Positions 1 through 14,429 of a stretch of 64,000 nucleotides of DNA are shown piece by piece. The position numbers and the translations under genes were made by a program. Source of the DNA: Balanoglossus misakiensis (taxonomy: Eukaryota; Animalia; Hemichordata); NCBI GenBank assembly GCA_040954595.2, contig CM082576.2, positions 10,791,129-10,855,128 on the forward strand, written 5' to 3'. The notes under the pieces are model-generated. The model did no database searches and had not been told where the DNA came from. It saw nothing but the letters and a program-made list of their open reading frames with translations. The stretch's first letter is position 1; each line of letters begins with the position of its first letter.

Positions 1-2790
<2,790 letters not shown>

Positions 2791-3291
2791 ACTCCCTGAC
2801 TTTTATGGGGTTTTTTTGTACATGGCATATATTCAACCATCAGTTTTCACGAGCAGCATATTAAGTTATTTAATTGCAAGTTTTTAAATGTTTAAAGAAA
2901 AGGCTATGGTCCAGTTATTGAATTTGTGTTATGTACAGAATCAAAGCTTTATTTTTCATAAAGGTATCAGATTTTTTAGAGGGTTAGAATATTACACTGG
3001 ATTCAGTATGTCCTTGTCAGCAATATTACTGAAAAATTAGTTTACCCAACCGTCTTAGGTGTCATAATAAGAAATGGCAATATTTTGTTTATCGTATATG
3101 AACCTTTTTTTTAGGATTTTAATGCACTGCAAGTGATCCACACAAACTTTCTGTAGATATACATACATGTAATACAATCAATGTACATGTACTATATTCA
3201 TCAGAAACGTTGATCCAGACTATGCTCAAGATATTCTGTTATCAGGTGTCCATCCTAGTGTCACTGTACTTTCTGTATTTGTATTCAAATG

Positions 3292-3297
3292 ATTAAA
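3292..3297 (+). promoter_or_regulatory. candidate YIPF4 polyadenylation signal (ATTAAA)
   Basis: Variant PAS ~500 nt after the YIPF4 stop and ~180 nt before the next gene's ATG. Confidence 0.45.
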
Positions 3298-3479
3298 CAT
3301 TTTATTTACAGCAATCACTTGTCTGCCTTTGTGTGCCAAAGTTTTCATCAAAAATACAAAAAAACTCGTCGCAAGTGCTGTGCAAAGTCACTATATGGCC
3401 GCCTTTGGTCATTCTCGATCTCAACAATCTTTTGTTTTTGCTAGAGGGCGCTGTATTGTTTTGAATCTCAAATCCAAAT

Positions 3480-4047
3480 ATGGCGGAAGACTTCGCGTTA
3501 GGCAATGAATTATTCGTAGATGAGAAATACACAGAGGCTCTGGTAAGATACATTACACTACATTGGTCGTTTATTAACTGAATTCATTTCCAAAGTCTCC
3601 AATTTGTCGTGCCGTGAGCTAAATCCACCGCCTGACGTATATTGGTATTTTGGGTACAGTCACTGTAGAAATGCCCGAGGGATTGGCCATAAACACGACC
3701 TTCGGAGAGATGGAGCTAGCACTAGTACCCTTTACACCGTAAAATATTCCATTCTGCTGTTCCACTTATCAAATGTAATTTCGTAGGCCCACGGCAGATT
3801 GTCACAAGGGTGGGTTGGGCCGGGGTTGGTCCACGTCCTTAGCTAGCTACTGCTGGGCAACTCGCTTAGCTACATCCATGATGACGTCATTCACCTGGTT
3901 TGAACGTGTCGCGCCAGATCTGATGCGTGGATCTCTGGTACAGTTTGCACCACGGCAGCATTTCCATCTGATTCATCAAAATTTTGTCTTTCATTGTCAC
4001 TACATCTGTATTCTGCTCCGCATTAGTCAAAACTCCTGTATCTCAAC

Positions 4048-4103
<56 letters not shown>

Positions 4104-4140
4104 GTCATCATCATCATCATCCCCCTCCTCCTCCTCCTCC

Positions 4141-4180
<40 letters not shown>

Positions 4181-7100
4181 TCATCATCATTCATCATCAT
4201 CAATGTCTTACTGTTTTGTACTTTTAATCTACTGTATTGACAGGGTGCATTTACAAGGGCCGTTGAAACAGAGCCACAGAATGTCAAGTATTTCCTACAA
4301 AGGTCAGCGACCTTTCATGCACTGAAGAAATATCAAGGTACACATTGCATGGAAGTGATTTGCAAGTGTTTTTTTTGTATTTGTTTGGCTTTTATTTTGT
4401 GTCTGGTATAAAGTTGGCCAAACTGCTGCTTTGATTTGACATTTTTTTGTCTGTATGTTGTTTTTGTTTTTGTTTTTCAATACAGATGCCTTAAATGACG
4501 CCGTTACAGCAATAGAGTTGGACAGCCGCAATGCCATGGCACACTTTAGGAAGGGCCTTGCATTGTTTGAAGTCAGTGATGTACAGAATGCTTACAAGGT
4601 GAATGAATGTAAAAAATGTGCTGTATTAATTGGTCTTTGTCAGATTTGTCCAAGTTAAAGCCACAGATCGCCATGAGCATGTGTGGCCCTAGCATTTTGC
4701 AAGGCGTAAATGTTATTCTGTAACTAAAACACTTATTTTTGTCGTTGTAAATGAGCATGTATTCGTTTTGCCATAAGTGATCGCTGTTTGCTGTCTTCTT
4801 ATGAAAATTATGTGTTATACATCCTCCCTAATGCACAACTGTTGGGGTCTGTCATAGTGGTAGGGGGCCTGATTGCCATGTTGAGTACAGTGGGGGAAAT
4901 CAGATAGGAAACCGTGACATGGTCAAAATCATGAATTACTTCACTGAATTTTGTGCGTTGATCAATTTTTGTGTTCATTGATAGATTATTTCACCAATGG
5001 AATGACACACTTGAATTTACTGGGCTCAGTTGTACCAATGTATTTTTCTCATCCACAGGTCTTGCAAGATGGAAAGCAGCTAGAAACTGGTCCCACAGGT
5101 AACATAACATTTCTTATGTAACATTAACTTATAAGGTAGCGCAGAGTGTAGTCTGGGGTTGTATGTGTAACACACAGATGAACTCATCACTTATATTATT
5201 TGAATCCAGTAATTTTGAAATAATTTTGAAGTAATTTTGAAAGTTGTAAAGTCTCCACTTGTGTCTTTTCTCACAGCAAAGTTTGACAAATGGCTGAAGA
5301 AGTGCGAAGAAAAGATGGCGTCCCTGAAAGATATCGAGGCAAAAGCATTGAAGTTGAAAGCGCAAGGCAATGAGAAGTTCAAACAAAGAAATTACAAGAA
5401 AGCCGTGGAGTTTTACAATGAAGCAGTCCAACTACAGTAAGCACAAAAAAATATTCTAAAAGAAACTTGTTTTGTTTTCCATATTCATTTCGTAGATGGG
5501 CAGAACACCTCATAAAAATTGCAGATAATCATCATAATGTTGAAAATTCAAAGCTTTACCCCCTTCCGCTTGTTTCAGTCATCTTTCTCACACTTGGCTT
5601 ATTTCTGCAGGATTCCAAACGAACCCAAATCACTTATATTAGGCAACATGGCAAATGCACTCCATAAACTTGGAAATCACAAAGAATGTTTACAGGCAGC
5701 TACCACGGCGACGGAACTCAATCCAACGTGGAAGAAGGGTAAGTTGATCAATATACAGGGGCCTCTAACCAGAATTTCCTCACTGGCCGCCTTGGTGCAA
5801 ATTCTCTATTTACATTTGGAAGAAGTGTGGAAATTTTTCAGACTTGAGTGTGCATATTGATCCATGGTCATCATATTCTGTGAAAAAAAAAGAACTCAGA
5901 ATCTTTTCTTCTCTCCATGTGTCCATCATTTCCAGGTCAGTATTGGAAAGGCATGTCTCTGTTCTACTTGAAAGATCCAGAGGCGGCCAAAAGAGCATTT
6001 GAGGTAAGGACACTTAAATTATGTGTTTGTCATGGCAGTCTGTAATATCCATTGATGTGGTGTTTAACAGTACTCCAACGTAATTCACCAAATGACACAC
6101 CTGTCTACTGTTTTCTTTCCCCAGGCTGGCCTTCTCCTCGACCCGACAGATGAGGACTTCAGGGCCAAGGTCAACACCATACAGTACTGTCAAGATCACA
6201 GCGCGGACCTGGAGTCGGTGTCGCCCGAAGATCAGCTCAACATTTACCAGTCCGTTCAGAAGAACATGACCTTCATCAAAACAGACGTGGGTAGCAACTT
6301 TTGGTGTATTGCAGATATGGTAGTTGCTGTGGCCAGTGTCTTCGTGGAAACTGACAAGACGCTGTTATTTGTACTGTTAATGTGCATTTCAAAAAGAATG
6401 CTGGCAGCATGTTACCTTCATGGAATTCGTCACTGGGCACGGGAGAGTCTTGTTTACTCATTATATCGACTCTTCCTTTTACAATGGTCATGATTTACCA
6501 TAGACCACATTGGTTTCTTTCGTATTTTTACAGTCATTTGCCAAAGACATAATGAGACTGTCCAGAAGGGGTGAGTATACATCTAAAGTGAATGTTCATC
6601 CTGAGATATTTTCCCCTGCATTTCTTGAGAAAGTCGTGTTACCTCAGGAATTCAACAGGCATAACAATGTTTTAATTTTTTCTGTCAACTGTAGGCAAGG
6701 ATAAAGTTCATGGTACACAACCGACGATCGTAGATCACATGGGTGCGTTGCTTCTGACGGATGTTCCTATAAACGCGTAAGTTTACTGAAAAACCATTTT
6801 GTCTGTTTCCAGGCCATGACTAAAGAGCTCCTGTGAAATGAATGTGACATTTTGCATTCGTGAGTGCACACAGTGCTAAAAGTATTACCCTGATTTTCAA
6901 TCACAACCCCATTTTAAGCCTGTTTTGAAACCTCTTTTTTTTCCTTCAAATTTTGTAGTCTTACAGAGAAAGACATGCTTATTCAGCGCAAGTTGAAATC
7001 GGCCGAGATGCACAAGGTGTACATGTCGGTCATAGTGGACACGAAGACAGGAGCTCAGACGGTGATATTTCAAGACACGCCAGGACTCAATCAGATACAG

Positions 7101-7601
7101 AGTCTGGTCTTGAGGTAAGCCTTCACTTCCCCAGTCTCGAGTTGCTTTTTATCGGATGACTCGATTGACAAAAATTCACCAACTTTGAACTGAACCTTGC
7201 AATAGTGAGTGCAATTCACACCAATACAAGCGCATCAGATTGATTTTATGATTGACAGTTCTATCATAGTTATTTATTTTTAATTCTGAGAGAGAAATGT
7301 GGCAATCTCACTCATTTCGAAACTGCTGTGCATTTTTAAAATCCAATATGGCCGTAGAGGGCGCTGTTTAGCGTGCAGAATGTTTCAGAAAGATGTGAAT
7401 TTGCCGAACAGAGTCCCAGTACAGAGTTGGTGATCAGTGAGAAACCAGTTAAGTTCGACTAAAAGTAGTTGATTTCCCCAGATATTTTACTGTATATAGC
7501 AAATTCACCCCAATGTCTACTTTCTAATATTACTTCCCAGGTTAACTGCAGCCGAAGCAAGCAAGTCGATGTTTAATGAGCACCTGGCTAAGTACACATG
7601 A
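3480..7601 (+). CDS. 387-aa protein: SGT1/SUGT1-like N-terminal TPR domain + second 3-TPR domain + unrecognised C-terminal region; 12 exons
   Basis: Exons 3480-3542, 4244-4337, 4486-4598, 5059-5098, 5277-5436, 5611-5738, 5936-6003, 6125-6286, 6534-6570, 6695-6776, 6959-7114 and 7541-7601 are all GT-AG with consistent phases (1164 nt). TPR signatures include GNELFVDEKYTEAL, AIELDSRNAMAHFRKG, KAQGNEKFKQRNYKKAVEFYNEA and ATELNPTWKKGQYWKG. AATAAA follows at 7945-7950. Confidence 0.85.
4048..4202. repeat. compound (CAT)n/(CCT)n microsatellite in intron 1 of the TPR gene
   Basis: Direct reading; it explains the poly-His and poly-Ile ORFs at 3815-4325. Confidence 0.97.
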
Positions 7602-8677
7602 CAAATCATCATCACACCATTTTCAGACTTGTTGGCGCAACCAGGGCCAGAAAAGCCACTAAACTGAACAGCAATCTGCACTGCCAGTTTTCCCGGGGGA
7701 ACAGGGTACACTGTACTGAACCTGTCGAGGCAAATATTGTTGGGTGACTTGATTCAACAGACAGAACAGCGTGACTTGTTCCGTTTTCAGCGACACACAT
7801 GAGTGTTTGTGCAGTACATGTACCTATGTCTTGTCGTGGCAAACTCTGAAAGAACTTTGTGGACAGTCTTTAGTGTGGCGCGTTTTCTGGCCTTGGTTGT
7901 ATCCAACGCCTCAGTTGTAATTTTACATGTTTCCTAACTTAGTAAATAAAAACAACAGATGCAACTCAAAACTTACATGGTGTGTGTTTTTGTGCTTTAA
8001 TCATTAAACCGTTTGAGGTACCATAGCAACAGGTGGTTTTCGCCACAGTTCCCTGGTTACTACTGGTGACTAGCGATGACTAGTGATTTGTTTAATTACG
8101 ACTCCAGAAACCAGAAAGTTCCAATTTGAGCATTCTGAAGGACAGGAACTTGATACCCTATGACTATTTTATACAAATATGCTTGTAGCGCATATATGAC
8201 TACATTGGCACAATCACTTTATACAAGTACTTCTGCCCTGAGTTTTACTAGAGTTGTTGATAGAATATCATTAGCAGGAAGAGATGAGTTCTGAACACTA
8301 GCAACGCTGTGTAGTTTTGCAACCTAGCAATGGCTCCACTGGGGAAACATTCGTCTTGATAATGGCTGTAATAAAAACTAAAGCGATGTAGTAGTGTATG
8401 TTCTCGCATTATGCAATAGATGTGCCAAGTGGTGATTATTCCCGACTTTGTCCGGGAACTCGGTGTGGACATTGCACCCGTGTTTACAGCAAGGTCATTA
8501 CTGTATCCAGGTGATGTGTGACCCGGAGGTCATGGTGTCAAGTGAAAACGAAAGAACTTGGGGGTCTTGGTTGGGCGTGGCGGAATTTCGGGCTCCTTGC
8601 AGAAGGTCAATCAGCGCAAGTACTTTCCACTTGTATTAATTTGACTGTAAAACTTTTTTTTTCGAGTGTGCCGCAAA

Positions 8678-8848
8678 ATGGGTTCTGAAACCGAGCTGAG
8701 TGGAACTGCGGCGGTAGTTCTCTGTTCATTAACGTTCGTTGCCGGGGTTTTCGTCGGATGGAAGCTGAACTCGGTGAGAAGAGGTTACAGCGACTACAGA
8801 CGAAGGAAGGTCGAAGAAAAGGTCCGTCGGAAAGAGAGACGTGACTGA
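8678..8848 (+). CDS. MTLN: mitoregulin-like microprotein (56 aa, single TM helix + basic tail)
   Basis: ATG in a good context (AAAATGG). The protein is MGSETELSGTAAVVLCSLTFVAGVFVGWKLNSVRRGYSDYRRRKVEEKVRRKERRD*. Its core FVAGVFVGWKLNSVRRGYSDYRRRKVEEKV aligns without gaps to human MTLN FASGVLLGWQANRLRRRYLDWRKRRLQDKL (recalled). A GC-box-like GGGCGTGGCGG lies ~100 nt upstream. Confidence 0.75.
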   Translation: MGSETELSGTAAVVLCSLTFVAGVFVGWKLNSVRRGYSDYRRRKVEEKVRRKERRD

Positions 8849-11800
8849 ACGTGTCGGGTCAGGCCTAATAAACCCACAAGACAGGTCTTTCGGCCTGTAG
8901 ACGCAGACATAGGTAAGTCTATAATACCGTTTCTGGATATATCTTAATGTTTTACCTGTCTCTGTGAGTGTACCACCCTCCCGAAAGAAATGACAAATAT
9001 TTATGTTCAAAACACAATACAGAATACTAGTAGTACGCTTCACAACACGGTGGGGGTCACACGAGGTCAGGTCGGCGTCCCGAGCAACGAATCCACAAGT
9101 CTTTGTGCCAACCACTTCAACAATGGACGGGACAAACACCATTATCATGAGTTCCAGAGAGAGCTGCCAACAATTATTCCGATTTGTCCTGACAAAAGAC
9201 CGCCAATGCAAAGCCAGTTGGCGAATTATATCAAGGGATTCCAAAAGAGCAAATGAGTTACCGGCGGAGTCTATAGAAAATTAAGCCATCATTGTATGCG
9301 CAGAAATTTTGACTTGGCTTAATTGGATGACTAAGGTCGATAAATCCGCGCGGTTTTGAATAGACTGTGATGGGTGATTTAGCATAATTGTATTGGGACA
9401 TTTATTTTGGTATTTAATTATGGGTACAGACGTCGCTAATCACTCCAAAAGTGGATAGTCCACTATTCTCAGCAGACGACCAGGTATCATCGCCGCATAT
9501 ACATTTTCTACGTGACGGTGCGCACGGGGCCGTAGAATGCATACCCATGGGAACGACGTTCAACAAAAGAATAAAAGGCAAAATTACTAATAGAAACACA
9601 TATGACAGGTAAAATTCTTGATTAAAATGGGAGACCATACTACTGAACACATTGCTGACACTTTTATCTTAATCCTGTGTGATACCAGTCGGTTTGTCTG
9701 CTTTTATTTTTTGCAGATTCGGTGGAAGTTCTTCCTGTAGATGTAGCAAGAAGCGTGAAGCGTGAAGAAATAACATATCATTGACAGACGAGACCGGCTG
9801 CTTGACACAAATGGAAAGTTGACGATAAACGACATCTCATATAGTGTAAATCGACATGGTCTTTGTAGTTCACCTCTGGTAGAGTTATGATTGAGTCACA
9901 TTTCCCGCCACACATTGCCGCTGGGAAGATGAAGATGCGGAGGTGTAACGTGTACCCAGCCATTCCTCTCCATCTATGAGGAATCTGACATTTCACGCTC
10001 TCTATAGTTTTGTCTCACTTTTGTTTATTGATTTCTTTCCTTGATTTTATACTTCACTTTGTTTGTATACTTCATCACACTAGCCTTAAGATGCATGACT
10101 ACACAGTACCAATAAAAACTGTCTTTGTCTTTACCACAACACCGAGAATCATTGTATATCATGTCGGTCGGGTTCAAGAATCTAAAAATGTATGTTGGGA
10201 CGAAATCTCCGCAGACTCTATGCAGTCGGTGTTGAAGTATCAGCTTACCCGAGCACGCAATTTAAATTCCGCAGTTTATATAGAACCTAGTCTACCAAAC
10301 AATATACCCTAAACAACAGAACAGATCGGGCGTGAAGAAAATTGTGCAGAACTCCGACAATCATCACGCATGGTCAGGAAAGTGACGTGACGTCGGATGC
10401 AGACGAAAATCGACCTTTATTGCGAAATATGCAGTACAGATCATGCCTGTGCATCGTATATTGAGTCATGATATTTAGTTTTATTACTTTTTCCGACTGC
10501 AAGTTTTGTTTGGTCAGTTACGGTAGGCTTATTACCCACCCAGGCGATATCATCTTAATACGGTGTGCCAGACAGTTTAATTGAAAAACCACTCTGAACT
10601 GCACACACAGGATAGAACTGTAGCAGATACTTTTGTTTGCGGGTTAAATGTAGCGTGTACGGCATGCCAGAGCCAAATAAGCATTCTGATGCGATTTCTT
10701 CGCTCGATGAACCGTGTGCGACACACAGCGACCCTGTATTATGTTGAAAAGTCGCACCACAAAAGTCGCGGGGACCACTCCCGCCTTTATCCCAGCTTAT
10801 ATAGAACATGCATTGTCAGTATGCGGGCTGTCCTTTACAAACGTTAGGTAAAAAATAAATATTTGGAAATATTTCTGGTTAAAACTACCAAATTATAACC
10901 GAGAAGTATTAGTGTCAAGATTTCATAGGAAATTCGCATGTAGGCCACATCTGTACATAAAATCCTCAATTAACCAACGACATTTTGGGGATTTTCAGAT
11001 AACTCTATCCAAACATTGTTGCGTGTGTGGGCGCACGTATTTTTGGAATCTTTTGGTGTAGTGGCAATAAAATAAAACATTGGGGGCTCTAGTGGATTTC
11101 TTGCTGATGGAAGTGTGACGTCATCACTACCATTCCTAAAAAAATGTACACTCCAATGTTTGGCAGTATAATAACCAAAAACTGTCGATTGAAATCAACT
11201 GAATAGCAATGTTGGAACTTCAGGATTGTTAAACTAAATACCATCACATAGCTCCAATAACCAACATGATGAAAAATAGATCCAAACAACCCATAAAGAT
11301 TTCCCATAGTTATTTATTTACAAAAATGTAGTGTTGCATTATTTGAAAATGGCTACCTTGTCAAAGTAACCCCGGAATTTAATAAAATAGAGCTATCGTC
11401 CAGTCAAAACCGTTCAAATAGTTTGATCAGATTACCGGTAACGGTAAAGTCGACCGTGCTCCGATTTCTTATTCTAATCACAACTAGGAGCGGTCCGTCC
11501 AGTGGAGAAAACAAACAACCAACCCCGTTGCCTGAGATACTGCAAAGGGCGTGCGAGTTTTCAAGTGGTTTAAACAACACACCGCACTCGTGTTTCAGAA
11601 TTTTTGCGTTATTGCAACAGAACGGGTGAAATGAAATGCTACGGCAATATTACTCGATTGCAGTGGATTGAAAAAAAAAATGAATAAACCGTAAATTTAT
11701 TCATTTCACGAAAACGTGTTAATAAATACATTCAAAACCAAAAAATGCGAGTGAGTTTTTGTGATAACGTTACATCACAACAGACATTTTGTGAGTATAA

Positions 11801-14429
11801 TATTGAGGTATACGTAGAGACTAAAATTTAAGAAAAGCATTGGACTTTGATTTGCTCGCCTGGACTGGACCATGAATGACAGAGACGACAAAAAACAGTT
11901 TGCATGATACATCTGTAACTTGGCAAGAAAATGTAGAAGACGAGGGGCAAAATTACTCATCGATTAGGCCTATACACTTAAAACATTTACTGATCAGAAC
12001 TTGCAGATTTGCGGTGTGTGTTCTGACCAATGTACACTGAAGGGCACTGCACCGGTGCTTGGAAACCAACACCTGTGCATAACAACACACAACATGTCAT
12101 GATGTGCGAGGTGATAACTGCTGATAAAAACATTTGCATCAAATCACGAAAAATATAATCAACTGCGAAATTTACAATGTAGTTCATGTGATCACTCAAA
12201 ACTGATTGCGCGTATAAAATTTGACTTTTTCCCCCGAACACTGATTGTAGTAATAAAATACTCATTTTTAGGCTTTCGTTGCTCAAATTTCATTTTGACT
12301 TGATCAGTTTCCATTTTCTGTGTGCATATCTTCTGGGTCAGGTTTCTGTAGCTTTAAATACGATTTTTTTTAAACACTGCAATCTAGACTTGAAGCTCTG
12401 CAATCACGGGAGAAAATAATCACATGGAATACGACACGAAGAAAAAAGAAATGAACTGCAGTAAAAGGGCGAGATCTCAATTTCAGGCAGTACCATGATT
12501 GTATTTTCAACGTGATTAGATTATTTCGGGATAATTGCATATAAATAAATTGTTTAAAAAAGGGACGAGCATTGAGAAGAAACCCGTAATTGCTCCAAAT
12601 GTTTGAACAAAAAATAAATAACCATTACAGTGAGCGCATTGTATATGGACTCTCCTGATCTTTCATCCATTTTATCAGTGTGCAGTCATCCCAAAATAGT
12701 TCCAATCGCGTTTTTCATTACTTCAATCTGAAGAAGATTATTACAAATTAGGGATACATGTGTATTGTTCATTAGTTTGCTGGTGTGTCATCATTAGCAA
12801 TAATTGTATTTATACTAGTATGCATATGGTCACGAATATTTATGAGACGTGTGCTGTTTTTAAGGTTTTGGTATTCTGGCAAAAGCATCACAGATATGTT
12901 GAGATGGTGAATTTGATATTTGTTTGCTCAATATACTACTTAGGGTATTTCAGAGTAACTGATTTTTCTCAAGTGAGTTGGTGTCGGCTTTGGAAGCCTT
13001 ATGAGATAAGGGCTAGACTATTGGGCTGATCTATCTGCATAAAGCATATTAAATTTCTGCATGTATCAGTCCCTTCGCCTGTAACTTCAGGCTGGTTGGT
13101 CCACCACACTCCACCCTAATACATGTATTCTTGACGCTTCCACACCCCCATCTTCGCAGTTAGCAGTTCCTGTCTACCATGGACAATGGCAGGCTCAAAC
13201 CAAAGCACAGCGATGATGCAGGGGTTCAGAGTCTATACACACTTTTGTAGCGAGCTGACAGGGTTTACCGTTGATGTTTCGCCAAGCCGAATGAAATCCC
13301 ACTGGCCACTACCCTGAACACTTGATTTCGGAAATCAATTTGCATAGTTCATTCTGCATGACATGATTGGCATTTCAGAAAAATGTGTCATACAAAGCTT
13401 TAGCACCAATTATTCAGATCCACTGTTTTTTTTCCACAGACAACCCCAATCGCCAGCATCTACCCATAATTTGATATTTCTTAAAATACTGTAATGCTCT
13501 ACTGTACACACTGAAATATCACGGCTTGAGTTCATTCTATAATAATTAATTATGTGGCCGTCAAAATGCTGGTACCATATTACACATCCCTGGATCAACC
13601 ACTGTAGTTTTGAAAATTAAATTGTTCATCTGCGATTACTGCCAACATGAAGACGGACATCCACCAACTCCCTCATTCAGCACCCTACTGATTATTATCT
13701 AGTATTTCAATCGGTATTTCATAAATATTTGCACATCTTTTTTCAGATATACACTATAAATATTTGAGTTAACACTTCAAAACTTAAAATGCACATGTTT
13801 TACAATATCTGCATAGTATTTAGTTCTGTACGTCAGCCTTGTCTTAAAGAAACTTTGTGTGTGTGTTAGTGTAAGTATGTCTGTCTGTCCACTGCTTCTT
13901 TGCCAGAAATCAGTGGCTTGATTTCTGGATGGTTTTATAGCGACCTGACAGCATCAAAATACAATTGCCACTTAAAAGGAATGATATCTCTAGTACTGTA
14001 AGATACTACATAGTGTTCATTTGATGTCTTCACTCTGTACGGCTGGCTGCAGCAACCATCAAGACTGTGAACTGGTGACGGATGGACGGTTGGGTGGATG
14101 GAAGGCCACTGTCATTTTTTACATGTCTATGGCACTGTTGCTATTTATAAAACACCAAAACTGAAGTATGCAGGACTTCTGATGTCTTTCACGAGTTTCT
14201 GAATCCTCTTGACCATCTTCTTGGTGTAACACAGTCACTGGTACTACTGTCTTCTTCTATTGGTCGACACACCAGGTGCGCTCTTCAAAATTTGCGCCCA
14301 ACTGGCATGCGATTGCACTTAAAATGCATGCTGTGACCCTTCCCACAGTCACAGTCACTGGATGGAATTTTGTAAGAACTGAGCTGGCTGCAATTTGCAC
14401 TCTTTTTCAAAAAACAAGCAAAACTGTTA

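Noticed and set aside
3815-4325. Poly-His and poly-Ile ORFs (141 aa, 113 aa)
   Set aside because: Translations of an intronic (CAT)n microsatellite
3480-7601. Calling the TPR gene SUGT1 or STIP1
   Set aside because: It lacks the CS and SGS domains of SUGT1 and the DP domains and third TPR of STIP1, so no symbol was assigned
8729-9284. 171-aa minus-strand ORF and 88-93-aa plus-strand ORFs beside the microprotein
   Set aside because: No recognisable domain or codon bias; they fall in the probable intron or are antisense to the MTLN-like ORF
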